64,000 bases of DNA from an uncultured Clostridia bacterium. Its GTDB lineage: Bacteria; Bacillota; Clostridia; Christensenellales; UBA1242. This document shows positions 1 to 10,820 of this stretch, piece after piece. The notes under the pieces were generated by a model that did no database searches, was not told the origin of the DNA, and saw only the letters and a list, made by a program, of their open reading frames with translations. Position 1 is the stretch's first letter. Every line of letters begins with the position of its first letter. The stretch covers positions 8,738 through 72,737 of the forward strand of contig CALWNC010000002.1 of assembly GCA_944382715.1 (NCBI GenBank), written 5' to 3'. The translations under genes were made by a program, and so were the position numbers.

Positions 1-636
1 ATTGCAAAAAAACATGGAATAATAGTATTTTCAACGCTTACTGGTTTTAAAAATATCTGTGGACTTGTTAATGAATTTGAAAAGGCAAGAACTAATAACG
101 ATGAAGAAAGGGCATTTACCTTTGTTATGGGTTATGAAGAATCCTATGGATATCTGATTGGTGATCATGCTAGAGATAAAGATGCAGTTGTTTCAAGTAT
201 GATAATTTGTGAGATGTGTGCTGAACTTAAATCTCAAAATAAAACAGTTTGTGATAGACTTGAAGAAATTTATAATGAATATGGGCAGTGCAAAGACGCA
301 TTAGATAGTTTTACATTTAAGGGAAAAGATGGCTTAGAAAAGATTAATAGTATGATGGTAAAAATTAGAAATGAAAGTGTGCCATTTGATAATATTGAAA
401 CCATGATTGACTATACAAAGGAAGTTCCACAAGATTGTGGTTTTGGATTGCTTCCAAAATCTAATGTTCTTAAATTCTTTTTTAAAGACAAGTCGTGGAT
501 AGCAATAAGACCTTCTGGGACTGAACCTAAAATTAAGATTTATTATTCTATAAAGGGCAAAACCAAGGAAGAAACTGAAGAAAATTATAAAAGATATAGA
601 AGTATGATTAAAGAAAAATTGGGAATCGAGGATTAG
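1..636 (+). CDS. phosphohexomutase (PMM/PGM family), C-terminal part; 5' end outside the window
   Basis: Frame 1 is open from nt 1 (IAKKHGIIVFSTLTGFKNICG...) into the listed ORF. GYEESYGYLIGDHARDKDAV and the RPSGTEPKIKIYY phosphate-binding loop are PMM/PGM signatures. The gene directly precedes manC/manA. Confidence 0.8.
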   Translation: MAKKHGIIVFSTLTGFKNICGLVNEFEKARTNNDEERAFTFVMGYEESYGYLIGDHARDKDAVVSSMIICEMCAELKSQNKTVCDRLEEIYNEYGQCKDALDSFTFKGKDGLEKINSMMVKIRNESVPFDNIETMIDYTKEVPQDCGFGLLPKSNVLKFFFKDKSWIAIRPSGTEPKIKIYYSIKGKTKEETEENYKRYRSMIKEKLGIED

Positions 637-642
637 TAACTT

Positions 643-1956
643 ATGAATATTATTCTGCTTTCAGGAGGAAGTGGAAAGCGTCTTTGGCCACTTTCAAATG
701 ACATAAGAAGTAAACAATTTATAAAACTCTTTAAAAATGAAAACAACGAATATGAATCTATGGTTCAAAGAGTTTATGGTCAAATATCAAGAAATATCAA
801 TGCTCCAGTTACCATAGCAACGAGTAAATCTCAAGTTAGTGCAATAAAAAATCAGCTTGGTGAAAAAGTTTCCGTATGTATAGAACCTTGCAGGAGAGAT
901 ACCTTTCCTGCAATTGCGCTTGCAAGTGCATATTTAAAATATGAACTTGGGGTAAGTGAAGATGAATGTGTTTGTGTTTGTCCAGTAGACCCGTATGTTG
1001 ACGATTCATATTATAAGACGGTGGGGAGTTTAGAAAAGTATGTAATTAATGGCTCGGCAAATCTTGTATTGATGGGAATTGAACCTACATATCCAAGTGA
1101 AAAATATGGATATATAATACCTAATGACTCAAAAGAAATCAGTAAAGTTCTTGAATTTAAAGAAAAACCATCAAAGACAGTTGCAGAAGAATATATTGCT
1201 AAAAATGCTCTTTGGAATGCTGGCGTATTTGGATTTAAACTAGGTTATTTGCTTGAGAAAGCTCACAATATTATTGAATTTACGGATTATAGAGATTTAT
1301 ATCAAAAATATGATAAGCTAGAGAAAATAAGCTTTGACTATGCCGTTGTTGAAAAAGAAAAAAATATTCAAGTTGTTAGGTATAATGGTGATTGGAGAGA
1401 TGTTGGAACATGGACGATGATGAGTGAAGTTATGCCAGAACAAACCAAGGGTAATGTTAAACTTGATGAATTTTCTACAAATACCAATGTAATTAATGAA
1501 CTTGATATTCCAATTATTGGTATGGGCTTAAAAAATATGGTAGTAGTTGCAAGTAGTGATGGAATTTTAGTTTCTACCAAGGATAGATGTGATAATATAA
1601 AGCCATATGCAGAAAGCTTGGGTGAGGCTGTTAAAATAGCCGAGAAATCTTGGGGAACTTATCAGGTAATTGATATTCAGCTTACGAGTTTAACTGTTAA
1701 AATATCACTAAAAGAAGGCCACTTTATGAGTTATCACCATCACGAATTTAGAGATGAAGTTTGGAATTTTGTTTCTGGAAAAGGGGTTATAATTGTTGAC
1801 GGAATAAAAAGAGAAGTTTCTGCAGGTGATGTTGTTCGAATTTCTGCTGGCTGTAATCATACGGTTAAGGCAATAACGGACATCTCAATTATAGAGGTTC
1901 AAATTGGTGAAAATATAAGTGTTTCAGATAAAATTAAGCAGGAGATTGACTTTTAA
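643..1956 (+). CDS. manC: mannose-1-phosphate guanylyltransferase (nucleotidyltransferase domain plus C-terminal cupin)
   Basis: N-terminal LLSGGSGKRLWPLS nucleotidyltransferase loop. C-terminal cupin motif SYHHHEFRDEVWNFVSGKG. Sits beside a PMM-like gene and manA. Confidence 0.85.
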   Translation: MNIILLSGGSGKRLWPLSNDIRSKQFIKLFKNENNEYESMVQRVYGQISRNINAPVTIATSKSQVSAIKNQLGEKVSVCIEPCRRDTFPAIALASAYLKYELGVSEDECVCVCPVDPYVDDSYYKTVGSLEKYVINGSANLVLMGIEPTYPSEKYGYIIPNDSKEISKVLEFKEKPSKTVAEEYIAKNALWNAGVFGFKLGYLLEKAHNIIEFTDYRDLYQKYDKLEKISFDYAVVEKEKNIQVVRYNGDWRDVGTWTMMSEVMPEQTKGNVKLDEFSTNTNVINELDIPIIGMGLKNMVVVASSDGILVSTKDRCDNIKPYAESLGEAVKIAEKSWGTYQVIDIQLTSLTVKISLKEGHFMSYHHHEFRDEVWNFVSGKGVIIVDGIKREVSAGDVVRISAGCNHTVKAITDISIIEVQIGENISVSDKIKQEIDF

Positions 1957-1958
1957 TT

Positions 1959-2918
1959 ATGTATATTATGAAGCTTATACCAGCTGGAAAGGATTATCTT
2001 TGGGGAGGCAATAAACTTAAAGAAAAGTATGGTAAAAAGTTAGATTTAGAGCCACTAGCAGAAACTTGGGAATTTTCTTCACACCCTGATGGACTTTCTG
2101 TTATTGAAAACGGCGAGTTAAAAAACAAAACTTTATTAGAGGTTTTTGATTTATACCCCGAATTGTTTGGGAAAAATGCTTCTAAGGAAAAATTTATTCC
2201 AATTTTAGTAAAATTGATTGATGCAAAAAATAGACTTTCTGTTCAGGTTCACCCAAACGATGATTATGCCTTAAAGTTTGAAAATCAAAATGGAAAAAAT
2301 GAGATGTGGTACATTTTGGAAGCTACAGAAGGAGCTAAACTGGTTTATGGCTTTGAGTACGATATGACACCAGAATTAATTAAAAAATCAATACAAGACG
2401 GAACTATTGAAAAGCATTTACACTTTGAACAAGTAAAAAAAGGTGATGTGTTTTTTATACCAGCTGGAACAGTACATGGTATAGGTGAAGGAATTGTTCT
2501 TGCTGAAATTCAAGAAAATTCAAATGTTACATATAGACTCTATGACTATGATAGAGTTGACAGGTATGGAAATAAACGCAAACTTCATATAGATAAGGCA
2601 ATTGATGTGCTTAATTTGAAAGCATTTAATGGTAAAGTCTGTCAATCAAAACTAATAGAATTTACTCCAAATTGTTCAGTTGAACAGCTATGTACTTTTT
2701 CAAAATTTAGTGTGCAGAAATATTCTTTAAAGGGGAGATTGGATTATAGTGCGTATAAAGATGCATTTTCAGTTTTGCTAAGTATTGATGGACATGGAAT
2801 TTTTAGTTTTAACAATGAAAAATTAGAAATTCAAAAGGGAGATTGCTTTTTTATCCCAGCAGGTATAAAGGATTTTCAAATCTATGGTGATTTAGAATTA
2901 ATTAGGGTAAATTGTTAA
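1959..2918 (+). CDS. manA: class I mannose-6-phosphate isomerase
   Basis: YLWGG, QVHPND, EMWYIL and GTVHGIGEG motifs typical of Firmicutes type I PMI. Length is ~316 aa. Confidence 0.85.
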   Translation: MYIMKLIPAGKDYLWGGNKLKEKYGKKLDLEPLAETWEFSSHPDGLSVIENGELKNKTLLEVFDLYPELFGKNASKEKFIPILVKLIDAKNRLSVQVHPNDDYALKFENQNGKNEMWYILEATEGAKLVYGFEYDMTPELIKKSIQDGTIEKHLHFEQVKKGDVFFIPAGTVHGIGEGIVLAEIQENSNVTYRLYDYDRVDRYGNKRKLHIDKAIDVLNLKAFNGKVCQSKLIEFTPNCSVEQLCTFSKFSVQKYSLKGRLDYSAYKDAFSVLLSIDGHGIFSFNNEKLEIQKGDCFFIPAGIKDFQIYGDLELIRVNC

Positions 2919-2933
2919 AAGATAGGAGAAATT

Positions 2934-4049
2934 ATGAGAATTTTACATATTAGCAATTATTTTTTTCCACATATTGGTGGAATTGAACAAGTTGCTAGGG
3001 ATATTGTAAATACACTAACAGAGCACGAGCAAAAGCTTATTTGCTTTAATCATGAAAAGGGTACAAAAAAAGAGATTTTTGATGGCATTGAGGTTATAAG
3101 AGTTGGTTGTCAAGCAAAAATCTCTTCGCAATCACTAGCTATTGGTTATGGAAAAGAACTAAAAAAAATAATGAATGAATTTAATCCAGAACTTGTAATA
3201 TTTCATTATCCAAACCCATTTGTTGCTCATTATTTAAGAAAATATTTAAAAAGAGATTTCAAGCTTATTATTTATTGGCATTTAGATATAGTCAAGCAAA
3301 AATTTCTAAAACGATTTTTTAAAGGTCAAACCCTTGCACTTCTTCGTCGTGCAACAAGAATTGTTGCAACCAGTCCAAACTATATTGATGGAAGTGAATT
3401 TTTACCTGCATTTAAAGATAAATGTATTGTAATTCCAAATTGCGTAAATTCGGCAAGATTTCAAATTGATGAAGAAACTAAAGATGAGGCAAGAAGAATA
3501 AGAGAAAAAAATAATGGAAAGATTATTTGTTTTGCTGTTGGAAGACATATTCCATATAAGGGAATGGAACAACTTGTTCGTGCCAGCAAGCATTTAAATG
3601 AAAATTATAAAATCTTTATTGGTGGCAGTGGTCCACTGACTGATAGCTTAAAAGAACTTGCAAAAGAAGATAGCAAAATTGATTTTATTGGTAAAGTTTC
3701 AGATAAAACACTTGTGGGGTATTATTTAGCATGTGATATATTCTGTTTCCCATCTATAACTAAAAATGAGGCCTTTGGAATAGCACTTGCAGAAGGAATG
3801 TACTTTGGAAAACCTGCAGTTACATTTACAATTCCGGGCAGTGGAGTAAACTTTGTAAGTGTAAATGGAGAAACGGGGATTGAGGTTGAAAACTCAAACT
3901 CTGAAGCTTATGCCAAGGCTATTTTACAGCTTGGGGAAGATAGTGAGCTTAGAGAAAGACTGGGCAAAAATGCTAGAAAAAGAGTTGAAGAGAATTTTAC
4001 TTATCAAAAATTTCAAATAAATATAAAAAATTTAATAGAAAATATTTAA
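2934..4049 (+). CDS. GT4-family glycosyltransferase
   Basis: N-terminal MRILHISNYFFPHIGG. C-terminal E-x7-E region EAFGIALAEGMYFGKPAV. Confidence 0.8.
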   Translation: MRILHISNYFFPHIGGIEQVARDIVNTLTEHEQKLICFNHEKGTKKEIFDGIEVIRVGCQAKISSQSLAIGYGKELKKIMNEFNPELVIFHYPNPFVAHYLRKYLKRDFKLIIYWHLDIVKQKFLKRFFKGQTLALLRRATRIVATSPNYIDGSEFLPAFKDKCIVIPNCVNSARFQIDEETKDEARRIREKNNGKIICFAVGRHIPYKGMEQLVRASKHLNENYKIFIGGSGPLTDSLKELAKEDSKIDFIGKVSDKTLVGYYLACDIFCFPSITKNEAFGIALAEGMYFGKPAVTFTIPGSGVNFVSVNGETGIEVENSNSEAYAKAILQLGEDSELRERLGKNARKRVEENFTYQKFQINIKNLIENI

Positions 4050-4141
4050 CACATGAAAAATTATTAAAATTGCAAAAACACTAAAAAATATTGCAAATTT
4101 CAATAAAAAATGCACCTTTTAGATAAAATAAGGATAGAAAT

Positions 4142-5185
4142 ATGAATATAGCAATTGATTGTAGATATATTGGAAAATCAGGAATAGGTAGAGTTTGCGA
4201 GGGTATATTGGATAATTTAGATTATACTCAAAATACTTATTTTTTAATTGGCAAAAGAGAAAATCTAGAAAAATATCAACCAGCAAACATTATTGAAGAT
4301 AATACTGAGCCATATTCAATTAAGGGAATTCTCTCTTTTGATAAAAACATTAATAAGATTTGTGACGCATTGATAATCCCAAACTTTTTAATACCATTAA
4401 ATGTTAAAATTCCCACTTATACAATAATGCACGACCTTGCATTTTTGGATGTAAAAGAAACTACAAAGGGATTTATTGATAAGCTGTTAAAAAAATATCT
4501 TCTTAAAAGATGTATGAAAAAGTCTAAAAAAATTGCTTGTGTATCAAATTTTACTAGGTCAAGGTGTGAGCATTTTTATGGAGAACTTTCAAAAAAATGT
4601 TATACAAATTATGTTGGACTATCAAATACAATTTTAAATGCTAATGTTAATGGAATAGAAAAAAATAATGTGATTGTTTTTGTGGGAAATGTAAAGCCTC
4701 ATAAGGGACTAAGGACATTAATAGAATCCTATAAAAAACTGCAAAATACAGATTATAAATTGAAAATTATAGGTGAAAAAGATAATTTTGCAGTTAAACT
4801 TGACACTGAAGATATTAATGTTGATGGGGTTGAATTTACGGGAAAATTATCAAACTTTGAACTTGTGAAAGAAATTGCTTCTGCAAAATTGCTGGTGCAA
4901 CCTTCTATATATGAGGGATTTGGTGTTCCACCTCTAGAAGCTCTTTATCTTGGGACAAAACCTATAATTAGTGATATAGAGGTATTTAACGAAATATATA
5001 GTGACTTTGATGTTGATTTTTTTAAATGTGGAGACGCTGAAGATTTGGCAAATAAAATAAAATCAGCAGTTACAGTTGTTTCAAATCAAAGACAAAAAAT
5101 TGATGAAAAGTATAACTACACAAAATTTACAAATTCACTATTAGAAAAAATATTTGATGAGGAATTAGTTTATAATGGAAAATAA
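4142..5185 (+). CDS. GT4-family glycosyltransferase
   Basis: EGFGVPPLEALYLGTKPI (E-x7-E) and a GT-B-like layout. Confidence 0.75.
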   Translation: MNIAIDCRYIGKSGIGRVCEGILDNLDYTQNTYFLIGKRENLEKYQPANIIEDNTEPYSIKGILSFDKNINKICDALIIPNFLIPLNVKIPTYTIMHDLAFLDVKETTKGFIDKLLKKYLLKRCMKKSKKIACVSNFTRSRCEHFYGELSKKCYTNYVGLSNTILNANVNGIEKNNVIVFVGNVKPHKGLRTLIESYKKLQNTDYKLKIIGEKDNFAVKLDTEDINVDGVEFTGKLSNFELVKEIASAKLLVQPSIYEGFGVPPLEALYLGTKPIISDIEVFNEIYSDFDVDFFKCGDAEDLANKIKSAVTVVSNQRQKIDEKYNYTKFTNSLLEKIFDEELVYNGK

Positions 5186-6278
5186 GAAAAATATTTTAAT
5201 TAATGGATTATCAATGTCTTGGGTAAATAAGAAAACAGGAATTGAAGAATTTACCAAAGAAATTATTTACAGACTAGATAAGATAAACAATGATAAAATA
5301 AAATTCTATTATATTTATGATAAAGATGGTCCCAACAAGATTATTATACCGAATGAACTAGTAAATATTGAATGTATACCTGTAAGAAATCCTAAATATA
5401 AAGATGGTCGAGAATATAAAGAAAACTTAAGATTTTCATTTCTTTGGAGAAGTAAACTTATAAGAAAATATGCAAAAAAATTTAATGCAATAGTATTTTG
5501 TCCAACAATGTCTCCAATAATCTGCAAAAATCAAATACCTGTTATTCATGATATTAGACCAAGAGTTACAAAATTTGATCCATTTGTTTATAGATTAAAG
5601 CATAGAATCTATTTAAAAATAGTGAAACACTGTTGTAAAAAATTTTTAACGGTTTCAAATTATCAAAAGGATTTAATAAGTAAATACTTAAAAATTAAAA
5701 AAGATAACATAACTGTAATATATCCTGGTTATGAGCAGATTTCAAATGTAGTTCCTGATATGAATATTTTCAGCAAGTATCCAAATATTAAACCTAAAGA
5801 GTATTATTATGCATTAGGTAGTTTAGCTCCTCATAAAAATTTTAAATGGGTAATTGAAGTTGCTAAGCGAAATCCTCAAAAAACATTTGTTATTGCTGGA
5901 GGAAAAGATTTAAAAGCTTGGGAAGATAATATTGAAGTAAAAGGATTTGAAAATTTAATATTTACTGGATATGTAACAGATGAGGAGAATAAGGCTCTGT
6001 ATCTAAATTGTAAGGGGTTTTTGCAACCATCAAAATTTGAGGGATTTGGAACTCCACCATTAGAGGCTTTGTCATTAGGAGCTAGTGTTGCAGTGGCAAA
6101 TGCAACATGCTTGCCAGAAATTTATGAAGATTGTGTGCATTATTTTGATCCTGATGACTATGATATTGATTTAGATTTGCTTTTTTCAGAAAAAGTTGCA
6201 TCGCCTGAGAAAGTTTTGAAAAAATGTAATTGGAAAAATTATGTTGAGACTTTATATAATTATTTTATGAGTTTGTAA
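5175..6278 (+). CDS. GT4-family glycosyltransferase
   Basis: EGFGTPPLEALSLGASVA (E-x7-E). Overlaps the previous GT gene by 11 nt, consistent with an operon. Confidence 0.75.
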   Translation: MENKKNILINGLSMSWVNKKTGIEEFTKEIIYRLDKINNDKIKFYYIYDKDGPNKIIIPNELVNIECIPVRNPKYKDGREYKENLRFSFLWRSKLIRKYAKKFNAIVFCPTMSPIICKNQIPVIHDIRPRVTKFDPFVYRLKHRIYLKIVKHCCKKFLTVSNYQKDLISKYLKIKKDNITVIYPGYEQISNVVPDMNIFSKYPNIKPKEYYYALGSLAPHKNFKWVIEVAKRNPQKTFVIAGGKDLKAWEDNIEVKGFENLIFTGYVTDEENKALYLNCKGFLQPSKFEGFGTPPLEALSLGASVAVANATCLPEIYEDCVHYFDPDDYDIDLDLLFSEKVASPEKVLKKCNWKNYVETLYNYFMSL

Positions 6279-6306
6279 TTAGAATTTAAATGTATAGGAA
6301 GAGTTA

Positions 6307-7839
6307 ATGGCTGATACAAGAACAAAAAATATAATGAGAAATACAATAACTGGTTTTGTATTTAGAGTAGTTAGTATGCTACTTCCTTTTTTTGTTCGCA
6401 CTGTTATCATTCAGAAACTTGGCAATGAATATTTAGGATTAAGTTCGCTTTTTACATCAATCTTGCAAGTTTTGTCTATGTCTGAACTTGGTTTTTCTAC
6501 TGCTATTGCATATAGTATGTTTAAGCCAATTTCAGAGGGCGATAAGCCAAAAGTAAATGCTCTTTTAAAACTTATTAGAAATGTCTACAGAGTAGTTGGT
6601 CTTGTAATTTTGGTGGTTGGTCTTGTTTTAACACCATTTTTACCACATTTGATAGAGGGCGATTATCCTGCTGATATTAACTTATATTTGCTTTATTTTA
6701 TTTATTTGTTTAACACAGTTATTAGTTACTTTATGTTTTCATACACAAGTTCGCTTCTTGCGGCAAATCAAAGGACAGACATTGAAAATATTATTTCATT
6801 AATAGCAAATATTATAATGTATGGCTGTCAAATAATTGTATTAATTCTGTTTCAAAATTATTATATTTACATTATCTTTTTACCAGTCAGCACGCTACTA
6901 ATTAATGTTTTAAGATATATAATGGTTAAAAGGCTATACCCAGAATATGTATGTAAGGGAAGTATTGAAAAAAGTGAAAAAGTTGTTATTTATAAAAATA
7001 TAGGTGCACTTGCTGGTTATAAACTCAGTAGTGTCATTATCTCGTCAATTAGCAATATAATTATCTCTGCATACTTAGGTTTAAATATCCTTGCAATCTA
7101 CGGCAATTACTATTATATTTTAAATGCACTTTTTGCTATAATTTCAATGATTTATACTTCACTGACTGCTAGTATAGGGAATAGTATAGTAGAGGACACT
7201 GTTGAAAAGAATTATAAGGATTTTAGGACTTTAACATTTTGCAATGTTTGGCTTATTGGTTGGATGGCAATATGTCTGCTTTGTTTGTATCAACACTTTA
7301 TTAAACTTTGGCTTAAAACTGATGATTATTTACTTCCAAACACAACAATGTTTTTGTTTGTAGCATATTTTTATTTATGGAAATTTAAAGATATGCTTTC
7401 AACTTATAAAGATGCGGCGGGAATGTGGAGAGATGATTTTTTCAAGCCATATGCTGTAACTGTGGTAACATTAATTTTAAATCTTATTTTGGTAAAATAT
7501 TTCGGAATTAATGGTTCTTTAATTGCTGGAATTATTGGGTTTTTTGTAATTTCAATGCCATGGGAAACTCATGTATTTTTCAGAAGATATTTGAAAAGGT
7601 CAGAGTGGCGTTATTATCTAAAAATGTTGGTTTATACTATTATTATAGTTATTTTGGCAATAATTACCTATCCCATTTGCAGTTTTTTACCAAGCGAAGG
7701 GATATTAGGACTAATATTAAAGGCACTTGTTTGTCTATTTGTTCCTAATATTTTGGTGATACTTATTTCATTCAAAACACCAGAATTTAAAAGCGTTTGG
7801 GATAAAGCTAAATCTATTTTGAAAAAAAATCATAACTAA
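6307..7839 (+). CDS. wzx: MOP-superfamily oligosaccharide flippase (Wzx-like)
   Basis: 510 aa and polytopic, with at least 12 hydrophobic segments. The N-terminus (RNTITGFVFRVVSMLLPFFVRTVIIQKLGNEYLGL) is typical of polysaccharide-biosynthesis flippases. Last gene of the glycosyltransferase operon. Confidence 0.75.
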   Translation: MADTRTKNIMRNTITGFVFRVVSMLLPFFVRTVIIQKLGNEYLGLSSLFTSILQVLSMSELGFSTAIAYSMFKPISEGDKPKVNALLKLIRNVYRVVGLVILVVGLVLTPFLPHLIEGDYPADINLYLLYFIYLFNTVISYFMFSYTSSLLAANQRTDIENIISLIANIIMYGCQIIVLILFQNYYIYIIFLPVSTLLINVLRYIMVKRLYPEYVCKGSIEKSEKVVIYKNIGALAGYKLSSVIISSISNIIISAYLGLNILAIYGNYYYILNALFAIISMIYTSLTASIGNSIVEDTVEKNYKDFRTLTFCNVWLIGWMAICLLCLYQHFIKLWLKTDDYLLPNTTMFLFVAYFYLWKFKDMLSTYKDAAGMWRDDFFKPYAVTVVTLILNLILVKYFGINGSLIAGIIGFFVISMPWETHVFFRRYLKRSEWRYYLKMLVYTIIIVILAIITYPICSFLPSEGILGLILKALVCLFVPNILVILISFKTPEFKSVWDKAKSILKKNHN

Positions 7840-7857
7840 ATGTAGTTATGATTTTTT
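7826..7857 (+). terminator. rho-independent terminator after wzx
   Basis: Stem aaaatcataact / agttatgatttt overlapping the stop codon, followed by a T-run. Confidence 0.6.
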
Positions 7858-7902
7858 AAAAAACGCAAAATTTATGGAAAAATTGCTAAAATTTATGTAA
7901 AT

Positions 7903-8175
7903 TTATTGAGTATCTGCAGAATTATCCATATTTTCAGAAGCATCTTTGAATGAAATTACCTTTCTTAAGTCATAGTCAGATGTTATCTTTTTGGAAATTC
8001 TGCCCATAAGATTTAAAGGATAGCATTTTTTTATAATAGTTTCCAGTTCTGCATCTTCTATCCAGTTTTTTTCTTTATACTTTAATACCTTTGAAATTTG
8101 TTTATTTTCAAATGTACAAGAAACTAGTGTTTGTTTTTCATTGTACAATAAATAATAAATTTTATTTCTATCCAT
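7903..8175 (-). CDS. hypothetical protein (90 aa)
   Basis: Isolated ORF with no recognisable motif. Confidence 0.4.
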   Translation of the reverse strand: MDRNKIYYLLYNEKQTLVSCTFENKQISKVLKYKEKNWIEDAELETIIKKCYPLNLMGRISKKITSDYDLRKVISFKDASENMDNSADTQ

Positions 8176-8307
8176 ATTTCACCTTATTTTAATTTTAGCA
8201 TAATGTTTTTTATATTTCAATTAATTTAATAATATTTTATATTTTGGTTATTGACTTAGCCGTTAATGTATGTTAGAATTTATATAAAGAAGGAGAAAGG
8301 ATAGAAA

Positions 8308-8943
8308 ATGGGTTTTTATAAAAGCAAACTTAAAAAGTACTTAAAAAATATGTCGGTTAATACGGATAATTTGGAAAATTATAGAAAAAGAATTACTGAG
8401 GGCTTAGCACACCAGTTAGATGAGTATTTAGAAGATATGAAATATGCTCCTAGAACAGAAATATTTGGAATAAGTGAGATTCCAGTTGAAGAAATTTTTA
8501 AAAATAGTATGGTTGCCGAACATGAATTAAAATTTTTAAAAACTTTAAGTGATGAAGATTTTTTTCATTATCTTGTAAATGTTGAAAATTATGATTTAAT
8601 TCAGGTTGAAAATAGGGAAAAAGAAATAAGAGATGCCTATGATGGCAAGGTTCAGAAGTATATAAACAAAGAGGGATTAGTTGGAAAAGCATCTAATCTA
8701 TTTGGTACTGACAGGCGTAAAATTGAAAAAAATTCAAAACTTAGAGATAATGCTCAAAGAAATTTAGATTATGCAATTGAAAGTAGAAGTGAATTCAATT
8801 CACTCAAAGAAGAGGAACAAGTTGCATACATTATTGGTAGATATGAATTTGATGGTAAAACAAAATTTGATGTTAAGGGTTTTGAAGAATATAAAGAGAG
8901 TTTAAGAATAAACGAACAAGAACAGCAATCTAGCTCAAAATAA
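8308..8943 (+). CDS. hypothetical protein (211 aa, charged, helical-looking)
   Basis: ORF preceded by aaggagaaagg. No recognisable motif. Confidence 0.55.
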   Translation: MGFYKSKLKKYLKNMSVNTDNLENYRKRITEGLAHQLDEYLEDMKYAPRTEIFGISEIPVEEIFKNSMVAEHELKFLKTLSDEDFFHYLVNVENYDLIQVENREKEIRDAYDGKVQKYINKEGLVGKASNLFGTDRRKIEKNSKLRDNAQRNLDYAIESRSEFNSLKEEEQVAYIIGRYEFDGKTKFDVKGFEEYKESLRINEQEQQSSSK

Positions 8944-8947
8944 AAAA

Positions 8948-8992
8948 AAGATGAAATTCTTTAATGCTATTAAGGGATTTCATCTTTTTTGT
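8948..8992. terminator. bidirectional terminator between convergent genes
   Basis: Stem aagatgaaat / atttcatctt, flanked by an A-run and a T-run. Confidence 0.6.
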
Positions 8993-9050
8993 TTATAATA
9001 TTACGTTTTAATTTTAATATTTTATTAAGGTAATTATAATTTCATATTAT

Positions 9051-10073
9051 TTATCTTTGAACTCGACCTGATGCATCTCCACCAACGAGTTGTAAAACTT
9101 CAGCTTCTGAAACAAGATTAAAATCACCGGGAATTGTATGTTTAAGTGCACTTGCAGCAACTGCAAATTCCAGTGCTTTTTCCTGTTCATTCCACTTTAA
9201 AAGTCCATGAATTAATCCACCTGCAAATGAGTCGCCACCACCTACACGGTCAACAATAGGGTTAATATCATAGTGTTTTGACTCGTAAAAATCTTTTCCG
9301 TTATAAATTAATGCCTTCCAACCATTGTGAGATGCACTGTAAGATTCTCTAAGTGTTGAAACCACATATTTAAAATTAAACTCATTTAACATTTGCTCAA
9401 ATATTTTGTGATAGCCACTTGCATCAGTTTTTCCACTTAAAACGCTTGCATCAGGTTTAAATCCCAAGCAGAGCTCTGCATCTTCTTCATTACCGATACA
9501 AACATCAACATATTGCATAAGTGGTCGCATAACTGATATTGCCTTTTCACTTGTCCAAAGTTTTTTTCTAAAGTTTAAGTCACAAGATACTGTCACACCA
9601 TATTTTTTAGCAGTAATTAGTGCCTGTTTTAAAATTTCAGCAGTTTTATCGCTGAGTGCAGGAGTGATTCCAGACCAGTGAAACCAATCAGCATCTTTAA
9701 ATATCTTGTCAAAATCAAAATCTGAGGCTTCTGCCTCTGCGATAGAAGAATTAGCTCTGTCATAGATTACCTTACTTGGTCGCATAGAGTTTCCAGATTC
9801 TAGGTAATATATGCCAAGTCTATTACCACCACGAGCAATGTAGTCGGTATGAACGCCGTATCTTTGAAGAGCATTAACGGCAGATTGACCAATTTCGTGA
9901 CTAGGAACCTTACTTACAAAGTATGCATCGTTGCCATATCCTGCAAGTGATACGGCTACATTTGCTTCGCCACCACCATAACATACATCAAAATTTTGAG
10001 CCTGAACAAATCTTGAGTTTCCCTCAGTTGAGAGTCTGAGCATAATTTCGCCCATTGTAACTATCTTTGCCAT
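9051..10073 (-). CDS. kdgK: 2-dehydro-3-deoxygluconokinase (PfkB family)
   Basis: MGEIMLRLS...YGGGEANVAVSLAGYG at the N-terminus. C-terminal VDRVGGGDSFAGGLIHGLL ribokinase-family motif. Confidence 0.85.
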   Translation of the reverse strand: MAKIVTMGEIMLRLSTEGNSRFVQAQNFDVCYGGGEANVAVSLAGYGNDAYFVSKVPSHEIGQSAVNALQRYGVHTDYIARGGNRLGIYYLESGNSMRPSKVIYDRANSSIAEAEASDFDFDKIFKDADWFHWSGITPALSDKTAEILKQALITAKKYGVTVSCDLNFRKKLWTSEKAISVMRPLMQYVDVCIGNEEDAELCLGFKPDASVLSGKTDASGYHKIFEQMLNEFNFKYVVSTLRESYSASHNGWKALIYNGKDFYESKHYDINPIVDRVGGGDSFAGGLIHGLLKWNEQEKALEFAVAASALKHTIPGDFNLVSEAEVLQLVGGDASGRVQR

Positions 10074-10687
10074 TAATTTTCTCCTTTGACTATACTTTTA
10101 ATTTTTAAACAATTTTGAGTTATTTCTTCAGGCGTTCCTTTTGTTATCCAAGACCCACCACAAGCGAAGATACTTTTGCAATTTAAAAATTCTTTTAGGT
10201 TGTCTTCATTTACGCCACCTGTTGGCATAAATTTTACAGATGGAAAAACTGATGATAAAGATTTTATAGCTTTAAGTCCACCATATACTGAGGCAGGGAA
10301 GAATTTAACTCTCGTAATTCCAAGATTAACTGCACGCATAATTTCCGTTGGTGTAATGGTGCCTGGAAAATATGGAATGTTATGTTGTTTGCAAATGTTT
10401 GCAATTTCTTCGCTTAATCCTGGTGAAACAATAAATTTAACGCCCAGAGCGATTGCTTCTTTGCATTGAGTTTCATTTATGACCGTTCCTGCACCAATTG
10501 CCATATCTGGAAATTTATCAATTGCAATTTTAATGCATTCACTTGCACAATCTGTTCTAAAACAAATTTCGGCAATTTTAATTTGTCCGTTACAAAGTGC
10601 TGTTAAAGTTGGTTCAACTTCGCTTGTGTTGTTAAAGACTATAACGGGAACAACTTTTGTTTCTTCAATAATATCAATTAAATCCAT
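10073..10687 (-). CDS. eda: KDPG / 4-hydroxy-2-oxoglutarate aldolase
   Basis: VVPVI, GAGTV, FIVSPG, PGTITPTEI and VKFFPA motifs. Its stop abuts the kdgK start. Confidence 0.85.
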   Translation of the reverse strand: MDLIDIIEETKVVPVIVFNNTSEVEPTLTALCNGQIKIAEICFRTDCASECIKIAIDKFPDMAIGAGTVINETQCKEAIALGVKFIVSPGLSEEIANICKQHNIPYFPGTITPTEIMRAVNLGITRVKFFPASVYGGLKAIKSLSSVFPSVKFMPTGGVNEDNLKEFLNCKSIFACGGSWITKGTPEEITQNCLKIKSIVKGEN

Positions 10688-10820
10688 TTTAATCTCCTTT
10701 TTTGTTTGTAAATTTTATAGATTAAATCCACACATTACATTTATAAGTATATTTAAAATAGATAAATAAGTCAAAAGTTTTAAGATTAGATGCAAAAAAA
10801 TATTAGAAACACACACATAT

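Noticed and set aside
1368-1580. Short antisense or alternative-frame ORFs nested inside long genes. Examples: 1368-1580, 3402-3593, 5315-5527, 7560-7748, 8498-8692, 10176-10769, 12023-12265, 13168-13416, 14856-15149, 15621-15848, 17987-18233, 19034-19249, 20359-20973, 22721-22927, 24892-25125, 29848-30114, 30362-30819, 34974-35183, 42781-43065, 47492-47689, 48797-49036, 51422-51610, 54718-54927, 56539-56823, 58586-58774 and 61822-62055.
   Set aside because: All lie entirely within much longer ORFs that carry clear family motifs. Their translations are low-complexity, and in AT-rich DNA stop-free shadows of this length are expected.
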